A stretch of 56,469 nt of DNA from Chloroflexi bacterium HGW-Chloroflexi-9 (GCA_002840675.1 PHBR01000005.1:1-56469); one strand, 5' to 3'. Counted from the stretch's first letter, positions 38,680-48,726 are shown. Numbers and translations: made by a program. Notes: generated by a model from the sequence alone, not told the origin.

Positions 38680-39569
38680 GCGCCAACGGATCCAATAGGT
38701 ACGCCCGCACGAAGGTCGGCATCGGTCAGCCGGATTCGCGAGACCTCCCAGCTCCCATCGGGGGAGCGGTCGTCGGGGACGCGTCCTTCAAGGGCCGCCA
38801 CCGTCGTCCAACCGAGTACCGAGATCTCACCGCCCGGCACGCGGCGACAGAGAACCAGGTACCACTGAGGCAGCCGGCGGCCGACATTGAACTCGTTCCG
38901 CGTAAGGTGCAGGGCGGGATGCGGCCCCGAGAAGGTCTTCACTTCCAACCTCAACGATGAGCCGTCGACATCGGGGGATACGACGTCGTAACCGAGGGCA
39001 TCCGAGATCTCGCTCACGCGCCTGACCTGCGCGACCAAATCCGATCGACCGCAGGCGCGAAGCGCGTCGCGGCAAGCTGCCGCAACGGCGAGTTCACCGT
39101 TCACTCCGATCTCGGCCAGGCGAGTCTCGTCGTACTTCTGCGCGGCGGCGAGGAGCAATGCCTCGCGCTCGCTCGCGTCGGGGAACATCTGGGCAAGGGT
39201 CTCGTCCGCTTCGGTAGGCAGGAGCTCGTGCCGAACTGCGCCGCTCGCTGTGGCTGCCGTGACCCAAATCGGAGGGGCGTGAAGGAGCAGCCCACGCATC
39301 AGATCCCTCGCGATCTCGTCGGGGTCGCCCGCCAGACCTGCGCATCGACTTGCTTGCCTCACGAGTCCGCTGTGATGTTCCAGCCATCCCTGTTCGGTCA
39401 GCCACCTCTGGGCACGTCGCAGGCTTCCGACGGACTGGAGTCCACCCGTCGCGGTCGAGGAGTACGACGTTGCTAACTGCGTCTCGGCGACCGTCTCGCT
39501 TCCCACGATTCGGAGCACGAGCGCAGCCGCTGCGAGCTCGTGGCGGCTGGGGAGGCGGGGCTCACTCAC
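38676..39569 (-). CDS. DUF3883 (NOV-C, PD-(D/E)XK) putative nuclease
   Basis: GVNGELAV, VSEISDALGYDVVS, RLEVKT, HLTRNE; GTG start overlaps the helicase stop. Confidence 0.85.
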   Translation of the reverse strand: MSEPRLPSRHELAAAALVLRIVGSETVAETQLATSYSSTATGGLQSVGSLRRAQRWLTEQGWLEHHSGLVRQASRCAGLAGDPDEIARDLMRGLLLHAPPIWVTAATASGAVRHELLPTEADETLAQMFPDASEREALLLAAAQKYDETRLAEIGVNGELAVAAACRDALRACGRSDLVAQVRRVSEISDALGYDVVSPDVDGSSLRLEVKTFSGPHPALHLTRNEFNVGRRLPQWYLVLCRRVPGGEISVLGWTTVAALEGRVPDDRSPDGSWEVSRIRLTDADLRAGVPIGSVGA

Positions 39570-41403
39570 CAGCGAGATGCCGCGCGAGGGCTGCGAGGTC
39601 GAGATTGTCAACATCGAGCCCCTCCTCTCCCTCGAGGCCATCTTCGGGTGCCGCCGGAAGTGCCATGACATTGAGCCCGGGGTCCTGCATCAACGTGGCG
39701 AGGCGGTCCGTCTTCTGCCGAAGCCTCGTATCGACGATGTCGTCGATCGTCTCGCGACTGCTGAGCACCGTCACTCGCGTTTCCTGATCGGCGGGGAGTC
39801 CGAGGCGGTGGATTCGATCCATGCTCTGGAGGTACTGTCCGGCGTTGAAGGTCCGTTCGATGTAGATCGCGTCGTGACAGACCTCGTGAAGGCTTGTCCC
39901 CTCTCCGAGCGCGGCGGGATTCGCGAGGAGCACGGCGCAGTCCGGATCCTCGCGGAACCGTCGCAGCTGCTCACTGCGATCGGCGACCCCGCCATGAACG
40001 ATCGCCGGGTGGAGTGGTTCAAGTTCGTAGTGGCGAAGTGTCTCAAGGTTCCGAACGAAGTTGGACCAGATGAGCGTCTTTCTACCCAGGCGGGCGTTGG
40101 TCTCGCTCAACTCCTTGACGAGCCGGAACTTCCAGGGCGTTTCGTAGTCGGGGTAGGCCCGCAGCAGCTCATCGACCTCCGAATCTGGTGGGATGTCGAG
40201 CGGAGGATGGCGGAACTCGATCGCGTCGTGACGGTGGCTGCCGGCCGTTAGCAACGCGGGGTTCGTGGCAGCCTCCAAGAGATACATGACCACGCGCCCG
40301 AGGGCGCGGAGGTCGTACTCAGCTCGGCGCGACGCCGCGAACACGCCTCGATACCTGCCCACGAGCGCCGCATAGATGTCGCTGTGAAGCGAGTCAAGGG
40401 GGCGTTCGATGAGCCTCACCCGAGGTTCAGGCAGATCAAGTTCCGACTTGGTGGTCCGGACGAATAACGGCGCGATACGGTCGGCGACTCGTGCTGTCGC
40501 GGTCGGGTCCTGCCCGTCGGAGGGGATCAGGCGGCGAGCCTCACCAGGCCACAGAAAGTCGAAGAGCGCCACCAAGTCGAAGACTGACTGCGGCGCCGGA
40601 GTGCCGGTCAAGATGTCCCGCCGCGAGGCGAAGTGGGCGAGGCTCAAGCAGTTGCGTCCCCACTCTCCCCCCCAGCCACGCTTCATTCGGTGGGCTTCGT
40701 CCAGGATCATGTGTGTTCGCCCACTTGCGACCCAAGTGGCGAGTTCAGCGAAGCCCGACTGCAGTCGTTGGTAGTTGATGAGCAGGACTTCGGTTCCCGG
40801 TTCGATGCGGCCATCGAACCGGCGGATCGTCGGTACCGTTGCGAAGCAGCGCTTCGCTTCCTCTTCCCACGATTCGAACGCGGAGATTGGCGCGACGACC
40901 AGAAGGCGGTCTACCCGCTTCAGTGCGCGTTCATACTCGTACACCGCGTAGGCGACGCTGGTCTTGCCCGCTCCCGGTACGGAGAAGTTGGCACCGTTCG
41001 CGATCGCCACCAATTGGAGTAGGTCGCGGCGCTGGAAGCTCCGCAGCTCGCGTTGGAACCTGCTCGCCCGAAGGGCTTGTTCGACTTCTTCGGGTTCCGT
41101 CTCCACGCCGCCCGCGAGCGCTTCCTGCAGGAGTCGATGCTCGGCCACTCGGCGCATCACGAGCTTTCGTGAGTCGCCTCGCCACTCAGCCGAGATCCCA
41201 TGTTGACGACAGTACGGCGCCACCCAGTCCAATCGTGAGAGGAAGGTGCTCACTGGGATGTCGACCGCTCGGGCGGGATGCCGCCCACGCGCACCCCATT
41301 CAGACTGGACCTTCAACCAGACGACGTTCGGAATACCCTGTCCCCTCGACACCACGACCGTGATGTTGCCGTCCGTGTAGTCGAAGGAGAGGGTCTTAGC
41401 CAT
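39562..41403 (-). CDS. SNF2-family helicase/ATPase
   Basis: FSVPGAGKT, LVVAP, ILDEAHRMK, LTGTP, LGEGTSLH, QSMDRIHRLG. Confidence 0.92.
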   Translation of the reverse strand: MAKTLSFDYTDGNITVVVSRGQGIPNVVWLKVQSEWGARGRHPARAVDIPVSTFLSRLDWVAPYCRQHGISAEWRGDSRKLVMRRVAEHRLLQEALAGGVETEPEEVEQALRASRFQRELRSFQRRDLLQLVAIANGANFSVPGAGKTSVAYAVYEYERALKRVDRLLVVAPISAFESWEEEAKRCFATVPTIRRFDGRIEPGTEVLLINYQRLQSGFAELATWVASGRTHMILDEAHRMKRGWGGEWGRNCLSLAHFASRRDILTGTPAPQSVFDLVALFDFLWPGEARRLIPSDGQDPTATARVADRIAPLFVRTTKSELDLPEPRVRLIERPLDSLHSDIYAALVGRYRGVFAASRRAEYDLRALGRVVMYLLEAATNPALLTAGSHRHDAIEFRHPPLDIPPDSEVDELLRAYPDYETPWKFRLVKELSETNARLGRKTLIWSNFVRNLETLRHYELEPLHPAIVHGGVADRSEQLRRFREDPDCAVLLANPAALGEGTSLHEVCHDAIYIERTFNAGQYLQSMDRIHRLGLPADQETRVTVLSSRETIDDIVDTRLRQKTDRLATLMQDPGLNVMALPAAPEDGLEGEEGLDVDNLDLAALARHLAGE

Positions 41404-42727
41404 CTAGCCCGCCGGCCTCCGCAAGGGAGTCGAGTTCCTTCCGGAGCCTTCGGATCTCATAGCCGAACTTGCCTCGATCGAAACCTCGTTCCGTTTGCGC
41501 GTTCTTGAGGGCCTCGCGCGCTCGGCTGACCTTCTTCCTCGCGTCAACGACGAGGTCGATTGGGCGCAGCTTTCGCCGCTCGTCGCGGAGATCGAGCCCC
41601 TTCTCCTCAGCCGCCTGTGTGAACCGCTCGTGCAGGCCGTCGAAGAGCTCTCTCTTGGTGATCCCACCCACAGTCGCTTCGTCGTCGGCACCGTAGCGCT
41701 GAGCCGCTGCCGCAAGCATGCGGCTGGGGTCCACCGGCCTGTCTTCCTGTCCGGTTTCCTCGAAGATGTCGAGGCCGTCCCCGGCGTCTTGACCGTCTCC
41801 AGCAATGGAGGAGCTGTCGATCGCAGTGAGAAGGTCGCCGTGGTCGAATTGCGGCTCGACGTAATCGCGCAGGAAGTGGTCCGAATCCCAGTTCCGGAGG
41901 TTTCGATAGGTAACACCGACGAGCACGCCAGCCATCCGTCCGTCCCGAACCCGCCGGGCTTGTGCGGGGTCTTGCTCGCGGAGTGCCTGATAGGCGCTAT
42001 CGGCTTCCACGAGGGCTGACTGGTGGGGATCGAAGAAGGTGAGCTTGATCGCCTTGCCGCTCATCTCCTGCACCTCGCGGATGTGCTGGAGGATCCGCAG
42101 GCTCTGCTCGATGTCTGCGACACCCTTGCGGAGATGAGCTGGTCTGCGCGACTGGGCCTTCCCGAGCAGGATCGCAAGGTCCTCGTAGCTCATGCCGGCG
42201 TCGATCTGCTCCTGAATGAACAGCAGCTCGTTGGTGAACGTGTAATCCTGCTTGTAGTCCTTCGCGAGCTGAAGACGGGCCTCAAGTTCGGTGATTTCTT
42301 GAGTCGTTGCTTCTTCAGGCAGGACCCCGACTCGAATGTACTTCTCGTTGAGATCTCGCAGAGCTACGGCGCGATTATTGGCGTTGATCAGCACGCCTTC
42401 GGCAGTGATGATTCCCGGCTCCAGTTGACTGCTCTCGTGAAGGCTATCAACGAGCGATTGGAATCCATCGAACTCGCGCAGGATGTCTGCGATGAAATCC
42501 TGCGCGGACTCAGAGAATGGTTCACGCTGCAGCTGGTCGGCGTTTACGTGCGACTCGACCTGTGATCGGATCCTGTGACTGTTCGGGTTGAGCAGGACGT
42601 TGTCCAGGGAGACGTTGATCACGTGGAGCGTTCTTCGACCGTTCTGCCACGGAATCGAGAGCGTCTCGGTTGCCGCGGCTGCCTTAGCGGCGATATCCGC
42701 TCTTCTCGCTTCCTCGGTGCTGGTCAT
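41396..42727 (-). CDS. ParB/Srx-like N-terminal domain protein
   Basis: LLNPNSHRI, QLEPGIITAEGVLINANNRAVAL (ParB box II-like), ELEARLQ..DY; acidic helical C-terminus; overlaps the helicase start. Confidence 0.72.
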   Translation of the reverse strand: MTSTEEARRADIAAKAAAATETLSIPWQNGRRTLHVINVSLDNVLLNPNSHRIRSQVESHVNADQLQREPFSESAQDFIADILREFDGFQSLVDSLHESSQLEPGIITAEGVLINANNRAVALRDLNEKYIRVGVLPEEATTQEITELEARLQLAKDYKQDYTFTNELLFIQEQIDAGMSYEDLAILLGKAQSRRPAHLRKGVADIEQSLRILQHIREVQEMSGKAIKLTFFDPHQSALVEADSAYQALREQDPAQARRVRDGRMAGVLVGVTYRNLRNWDSDHFLRDYVEPQFDHGDLLTAIDSSSIAGDGQDAGDGLDIFEETGQEDRPVDPSRMLAAAAQRYGADDEATVGGITKRELFDGLHERFTQAAEEKGLDLRDERRKLRPIDLVVDARKKVSRAREALKNAQTERGFDRGKFGYEIRRLRKELDSLAEAGGLDG

Positions 42728-42935
42728 GGTGCTCGTCTCCGTCCCTATCGATCGATCGGGGCGACTGTAACCGAGTGCTGTACGGGGTGCCCAGCAGTCC
42801 GGAAGCGTGGTCGCCTCCCCTCAAGCACCGGCCAGTCCAATTCACCACGGAGCCTGGGTATTGCCTAGGTGGCCGCGCTGTTGCTGGCCGGGCCGAGTCG
42901 CGACCGCGTCGAGCGGTCGGGCATCGCCGCTCTGA

Positions 42936-43895
42936 CTAGAGGTTCTCGGGAATCTCGATCTGCAGCGATTGGTCGGGTTCCACTGCCTCCACACGGGCGT
43001 TGTACGCCTCGAACAATTGCCGCAGCTTGGTGCGGTAGTTCGCGGCCGCGAATCCGGCCATCTCCTCCACGTTCTGGGCGACGAACGCTTCCAGTGAGAA
43101 CACGTCCACACGGTCGCCGATGCCTTGTACCTCGAGCAGTTGTTGCGCGGCCGCGCGCGCACTCTCGGGCACCACCACCACGACCCGGAACCCATCGAGG
43201 AGATTCGCCGCGCATTTCTCCATCAGGATCTGCATGGGGGACACGGTCACGTGGAACACCGCGTCCCCCACCATGAAGTCGCCCCCCCGACCGGTCTGGA
43301 CATCGGCAGTGCTGTAACTGTGGTTCGGGATCTCCAATTCGGGAAAGCGGAGCTGCAGCTTGGCGCCCACTAGGTGCTGCGCGAGCGGCCCGGCCTGCCC
43401 TCGCTCCCGCGCGGCGTCGAGCGTCCGAGAGACGTTGCGGATCGATCCGAGGTTCAGCCCCAACTCTGGCTTCAGACGCTGACGCGCGTAGTAGTCGGAA
43501 ATAGGATTGCCAACGATCCAGTGCTGCATCGCGTCGGCCAGCTCGTTCCGAGCGTCCCCGTCGGCGAGGTCGATGCCCTGAATGGCGTTCAACCGAACGG
43601 CCAGCGCCCGCGCGGCCTCACTGGTGCCCCGGCTCGTCCGCCCCGACTCGGTGCCGAGTTCCCGAGCGTCCGGAAGGAATCGCCTGATGATCTCATTAGC
43701 GCGGCGTCCCCCCAGCAACCTCACCTGCCCGCCGCCAGGAGTGATGACGTCGCTCTCATCGAGCGGATACGCGGTGCGGAAGATCTCGAGGACGACGAGT
43801 CCGGTGTTGGGAATGCCGACCTGGCTCCTGCCTCGGTACTCCTCGTACCAGTCAGCAATGAGTCGCTCGGCGGCGGCGCGCAGTTCGTCGTTCAT
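42936..43895 (-). CDS. DUF4928-like protein, candidate restriction endonuclease
   Basis: ESGRTSRG, GPLAQHLVGAKLQLRFP, ADVQTGRGGDF.VGDAVFHVTVSP, YNARVEAVEPDQSLQI; ATGA overlap with dcm. Confidence 0.82.
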   Translation of the reverse strand: MNDELRAAAERLIADWYEEYRGRSQVGIPNTGLVVLEIFRTAYPLDESDVITPGGGQVRLLGGRRANEIIRRFLPDARELGTESGRTSRGTSEAARALAVRLNAIQGIDLADGDARNELADAMQHWIVGNPISDYYARQRLKPELGLNLGSIRNVSRTLDAARERGQAGPLAQHLVGAKLQLRFPELEIPNHSYSTADVQTGRGGDFMVGDAVFHVTVSPMQILMEKCAANLLDGFRVVVVVPESARAAAQQLLEVQGIGDRVDVFSLEAFVAQNVEEMAGFAAANYRTKLRQLFEAYNARVEAVEPDQSLQIEIPENL

Positions 43896-45070
43896 CGACG
43901 CTTCGCCGGCGCCCCCGCTTTCGCCGCGCGGATTGACGGGACGATGCACTGTTCGATCACCCACCGCACGGCGGGCACGCACACTGCATCCCCGAAGCCG
44001 AAGAGCGCCTGGTTCTCGGTCACAGCGGGAGGAATACAGTAGTTCGGGGCACCCTGGAGACTGGCGTACTCCCTGGACGTCATCCAGCGCACTCGGAGCC
44101 GATCCCGCCCTGCTTCCACGAGGGCTTGCTTGCTCGACCCGCCCCGCGCCGTACGGAGGCATCCGGCGCGAGAGTCCGCGCGGATTTCCCACGTTGCCTT
44201 GCCTCGGCGCGTACGACGATATGCGGTCGCCCACGACACCTCGCGGCCCTTGACGCGCCGATAGAGGCGCGTTTCCTGCAGATCGCTCAGCGAGCTGCGG
44301 AAACGGTCGACTCGCGCGTCGTCCCACCAAAGCTCGTCCCGAGCATCGAGCCGCTCGACGACATCGTCGAGCGCGACCTCGGCGGGCGGCGGCGGCTCGA
44401 TGTCCGCAAAGCGGAGATCCAGGTCAGGGTTCCGATCTGCGAATGATCGAATCGAGTCCGGGCGGAGCGGCGACGGTTTGTGAGGCGAGATCTGCGAATC
44501 CGAATACGGACCGCCAATGATGAACAGGCGAAGACGGCTCTGCGGGACGAAGAGCGCAGCGTCCAGCAATATGAGGTCGCACGCGTACCCGAGCTCGTTG
44601 AGCCGCGCGACTGCGGCCCTCAAGTCCTCTCCCGCGTGCGAGGTCAGCAGCCCTGGTACGTTCTCGACGAGCACGTGCGACGGACGCCGCTCCGCCATCT
44701 CCTCTAGGACGCGGGTGAACTCCCAAAACAATCCCGACTCGGCCCCGGCGAGTCCACGACGCGCACCCGCGAGCGAGAGGTCGGTGCATGGGAACGATGC
44801 GGTCGCCAAGTCGACGTGCGGCACATCGTCGCCGCGGACGTTGCGGATGTCATCGAGGACGAAGTCCTGCTCGCCGAAGTTGGCTTGGTAGAGGTTCCGC
44901 TTGAAGCGCTCGATGTCGTTGGCGAATCGGACGTTGAATCCGGCCTGCTCCAGCGCCTGACGCACCAGCCCGATTCCGGCAAAGAACTCAGCGGCCGTCA
45001 GGGGGTGCGGGTGGGCTACGGCGGTTCGAGGGCGGGATGGAACGGCAACTGTCACCATGGCCGGCATCAT
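43892..45070 (-). CDS. dcm: C5-cytosine DNA methyltransferase
   Basis: EFFAGIG (I), SFPCTDLS (IV), VENVPG (VI), PQSRLR (VIII), REYASLQG (IX), FGDAV (X). Confidence 0.97.
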   Translation of the reverse strand: MMPAMVTVAVPSRPRTAVAHPHPLTAAEFFAGIGLVRQALEQAGFNVRFANDIERFKRNLYQANFGEQDFVLDDIRNVRGDDVPHVDLATASFPCTDLSLAGARRGLAGAESGLFWEFTRVLEEMAERRPSHVLVENVPGLLTSHAGEDLRAAVARLNELGYACDLILLDAALFVPQSRLRLFIIGGPYSDSQISPHKPSPLRPDSIRSFADRNPDLDLRFADIEPPPPAEVALDDVVERLDARDELWWDDARVDRFRSSLSDLQETRLYRRVKGREVSWATAYRRTRRGKATWEIRADSRAGCLRTARGGSSKQALVEAGRDRLRVRWMTSREYASLQGAPNYCIPPAVTENQALFGFGDAVCVPAVRWVIEQCIVPSIRAAKAGAPAKRR

Positions 45071-45256
45071 ACCTCAATGAACTGATGATCGGGGTGATCG
45101 GTTTACTGGTTGTTCAGCACCGCCTGGATCCGCGACCCAAGGTCCCGCCGAACGTCCGCGTGCCCGTGCGCCTCCTGCCATCTGCGCGGCAGCGGGTGCT
45201 CTCTCATCTGTGGATGCCGACCGAACGAGGGGGAGGGGATAGCCCCCTCGACCTGG

Positions 45257-45484
45257 TCAAGTTATCTCCTGAGGGGCAGGAAGCACTTCCAGGAAGGCAT
45301 CGGTAACCGAGTCGAACGTCTCAAGTGCATCGTACGGCGTGTTCGCCTGCTCCCAGGCCTGCTCGGATGCGAATAACCCCGCCCCCTCCCCGGTTGTATC
45401 AGTCACGATCACTCGACCGTCAGGTAGCTCAAGGATCGTCGCAACGAAGTCGCCGCGTGCCTTCTGACGTACTTGAACAAGCAT
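45257..45484 (-). CDS. Small acidic hypothetical protein
   Basis: 75 aa, GGAGG RBS before ATG. Confidence 0.6.
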   Translation of the reverse strand: MLVQVRQKARGDFVATILELPDGRVIVTDTTGEGAGLFASEQAWEQANTPYDALETFDSVTDAFLEVLPAPQEIT

Positions 45485-45665
45485 GGCACAGCCTCCAGGC
45501 TCAGAGATTCACTTAGGTTACGCACTCGTACCCGCGTACTCCAAGGAGGAGGTGACATTCTAGAGATCCTGGGCGGTTCGAGTAGTGCCCCGGAGGCCGC
45601 GGCTCTCGGAATCCACCGCGTAGCCGAATGTTCCTGCCGAGGGGATAAGTGGTAGAAGAAGCGGC

Positions 45666-46940
45666 ATGGGTGACATTCATTCCGGCATGCGGATCGAGAC
45701 GCTCTCCACTGGGGCGGGCGGGGGCGTCGAATTCACACTCGCCCGTGTCGTCAACGGGAAAGCGGACGTTTCCTACGGGCTCCATGGAGCCCAACGCACT
45801 CACTCCCTAAGCGGGGGTGTCGATCGCGACGACCTGCTGCAATGGCTCGGATTCCGAAACCTCGGGTGCGGCATCACGCGGGACCGCGAGACCTTCTGTA
45901 TCGCCGTCGACGAAGAGTTCGACCTAGACGGTTTCGTCAGCGCCTTCACAGAGGCTCAGGGGCTTATAAGCACTTCCGACCAACTACTTCAACGCTGCGG
46001 CTTCTTCCTCGAGAGTCGCGAGTTCCCCGCCAAACAATGGGCGCGCACCCGGGGAGACGGACATTCTGGATCAGACCAAGAGCGTCTAAAGGAGTCGGGG
46101 GATGCGAACTTCGAGTACCGCCTCACCTTCCTGAACCAGAATGGTCAGAAGGGATGGACGACCCACGTCCGCCCGAAGGAAGCCCCGATCTCATCCGAGA
46201 TATCCCGCCTCTTCGCAAGGCTCGGCCTGCGCGACCTCGAGGAGTGCATCGAGTTCGCCTTCGAGTCCTGCTACTGGCGGAACATCTCGTATGAGAAGGC
46301 AGGCGACTCGTTCTTCGATGCGAACACCAACACGGTTCACGGATGGTACGACCATCTCAGTTCGGATTTCTCCCCGGCGATTGAGGCTTTCCTCGCTGCT
46401 GAAGCGCGGCTAAGCGAGTTCGGCTTCAGCATCCTTCCTCGGTCGGACGAGCGACGGGCCGTGCGGCGTCCTGTCGCGACACGCTCTGCCTCGCCGGCGC
46501 GCCTTTCGGCTGATCCGAGCGATGAGGACGACGAGTTCGATGTCGCGATCTCCTTCGCGGGGTCAGACCGGAAGCACGCCGAAGCCCTCGCCACGATCCT
46601 TCGGGATCGCCGCATCAAGGTCTTCTATGACGCCTTCTATGGGAGCCGACTGTGGGGCAAGCGGCTCACCGAGTTCTTCGATCGCATCTACCGGAAGCAA
46701 GCGCGCTTCTGCGTGATGTTCGTGTCGTCGGAGTACCGCGATCGGCAGTGGACGACGCACGAGCGTCGAAGCGCCCTTAGTCGCGCTGTCGAGGACAAGG
46801 GGCGCGAGTACATACTCCCGATCATGGTTGAGCCCGTTGACCTAGACGGACTTCCCCCTGACGTTGCGTACGTCGCTCTTGAAGAGCATTCGATGGAGGC
46901 GATCGCGGAGATGCTTATCGAGAAGATTCGCGAGGGATGA
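45666..46940 (+). CDS. Protein with unknown N-terminal region and C-terminal TIR domain
   Basis: FDVAISFAGSDR, VFYD, LWGK, FVSSEY, WTTHER (catalytic Glu), YILPI. Confidence 0.9.
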   Translation: MGDIHSGMRIETLSTGAGGGVEFTLARVVNGKADVSYGLHGAQRTHSLSGGVDRDDLLQWLGFRNLGCGITRDRETFCIAVDEEFDLDGFVSAFTEAQGLISTSDQLLQRCGFFLESREFPAKQWARTRGDGHSGSDQERLKESGDANFEYRLTFLNQNGQKGWTTHVRPKEAPISSEISRLFARLGLRDLEECIEFAFESCYWRNISYEKAGDSFFDANTNTVHGWYDHLSSDFSPAIEAFLAAEARLSEFGFSILPRSDERRAVRRPVATRSASPARLSADPSDEDDEFDVAISFAGSDRKHAEALATILRDRRIKVFYDAFYGSRLWGKRLTEFFDRIYRKQARFCVMFVSSEYRDRQWTTHERRSALSRAVEDKGREYILPIMVEPVDLDGLPPDVAYVALEEHSMEAIAEMLIEKIREG

Positions 46941-47143
46941 GCGTCCTGTAGGCCTTGCCGCGCCGACGCACCCGCTCTCCTTCTTTTGGGTTTTACGGTG
47001 CTACCAGCCCGCACTATCGGCTGATCTCCCCGCTCTTGAGTTGCCGTCCGAGACGTACCGTTGCCTCCGCCGCGAGAGCGCGTGCGGGAGAACCCCTACG
47101 AATCCGCTACTCAGTCGGCCTGCATTCGCGGTCAGCTCGACCC

Positions 47144-47266
47144 CTGCCCGTTCCCCGACCGAACCAGCCCCGCTACGAGTTCCTGCAACTCTCCCGATGG
47201 CTCGATCCCCAGCGCGCTGAGCAGCCGCCCCCGGAACTCCAGGTAACAGCGTGCGGCCTGGGCGCG
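47144..47266 (-). pseudogene. Diverged copy of the 3' end of the BTAD gene (matches 53605-53727)
   Basis: RAQAARCYLEFRGRL.SALGIEPSG.L..LVAGL in both places; 123 bp colinear. Confidence 0.9.
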
Positions 47267-47898
47267 TACCTGTCGTGGAGGCGCGACGCGCCGTTGCGCG
47301 CGGTAGACGCCGTCGAGGTGATCGTCGAATCGGTGCGGGGGATGGATGGGGCGGAACTGGTCGGCGTGTCGGCGGCAGACATCGTGGCGAAGCAAAGGGT
47401 CAGGCTCGGGCAGTGGTTGGATCGAGGAGGGGGACTGCCTCGGCAGAGCTGCGAGGGCGGAGGACATAGGGCAAGTGATTCTCTGGGCGAGAGGGCGCTC
47501 AGGGGCGGATCAGCTCGTGTTGAAGTACCGCCAGATGTGGGATGAACAGGAGACGAGGGCGGAAGACGCGGAACGAGCCAGGCTCGCACTGCTCGAGACG
47601 TTGAGGCGGTGGATCGACCCAGCGACCCGGCCCGAGTTACCAGTGAACGCAGCATGACCCGACCCGGCCGCTGGCTCCCCACCGCCACCTGTGGCATCGC
47701 GAGGGCGTCGTGTACCTCGCGACGATCCAACTCACGGACCTCAGCCGCCTCGACACCCCGACCCTCGCCGGCGTCGGCGTCGTGACGGGCAGTATCGGCG
47801 GCCTGGCTGCAGCGCCCGAGGCCCCCACGCCGCCGCCACGCGAGGACCCGCGCCGTCCGCTAGTCTCGCCCCACGCAAGACGAGCCCCAGGAGGGACG

Positions 47899-48726
47899 AT
47901 GCCAGGCCGGAACGACGCATGCCCGTGCGCGAGTGGAGCGAAGTACAAGAAGTGCTGCCTGCCACTGGAGCGCTACTTCGTACCGACGACACCGCCGATC
48001 GCGGAGCATTCGTTCCTAGCAGAGGTACTCGAAGAGTCGCCAGAACTCCGGAGCTTCATGGGGGAGGAGCGAGGCAGGCTCAGCCTCCCGGTGCGATGGT
48101 TCGTCGACCCGACTATCGCCGCGGACACCCGAGCCCGGATTACCTCGATACCGGGCGTCGTCCACCAGGTGAGGTTCCACGAAAGCCCGACAGACCCCGT
48201 GGACGTCGCTCACGAACTCGCCCATGCGCTCGTCGAGGTCGACGGCGTCGCCTTGGTGGGTGCGCTGCGAGCGGACCTCGATGACTTCAGCGCGGCGCTC
48301 TCCGGGATCCCCGCACACCCGCGGGTGCACGCCTACCTCCACAAGCACGGATTCGACCTGAGCAGGGTCTATGAGCAAGAGGTGGAGGGAGACCTGGCGA
48401 AGTTACGCCGGGTGGCTTCCGAGCCCTCTGACCACTTCACCGTCGCCATCTGGACGCTCAACTACGCCAAGATGAGGTTGATGCACCGGCAGGTCGCAGA
48501 GCTCACAGCCCACGACGGCGTGGATCGCTATGACGACTTCTTCGCCGCGCGATTCCCGAATGTCCATCGGGAAGCAGTCGAGACGCTGGCCGAGATTGAC
48601 CGCTACGACCTGACGGATATCGATGAGCAGGCGCGGCTGCTCAAAGCGCTAAAGGAGCGCTGCAAGCTGCCCGAGGACGGACTGGTGGTGCTTCGAACAC
48701 CGGTGGTCTGGCCGCTCAACGGGTGA
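47899..48726 (+). CDS. SEC-C motif protein with HEXXH zincin-like domain
   Basis: PGRNDACPCASGAKYKKCC; VAHELAHAL; AGGAGG RBS before ATG 47899. Confidence 0.8.
   Translation: MPGRNDACPCASGAKYKKCCLPLERYFVPTTPPIAEHSFLAEVLEESPELRSFMGEERGRLSLPVRWFVDPTIAADTRARITSIPGVVHQVRFHESPTDPVDVAHELAHALVEVDGVALVGALRADLDDFSAALSGIPAHPRVHAYLHKHGFDLSRVYEQEVEGDLAKLRRVASEPSDHFTVAIWTLNYAKMRLMHRQVAELTAHDGVDRYDDFFAARFPNVHREAVETLAEIDRYDLTDIDEQARLLKALKERCKLPEDGLVVLRTPVVWPLNG

Noticed and set aside
37338-45070. DISARM class II or Hma assignment
   Set aside because: No DrmA/DrmB(DUF1998)/PLD or HmaC-type ATPase recognisable.
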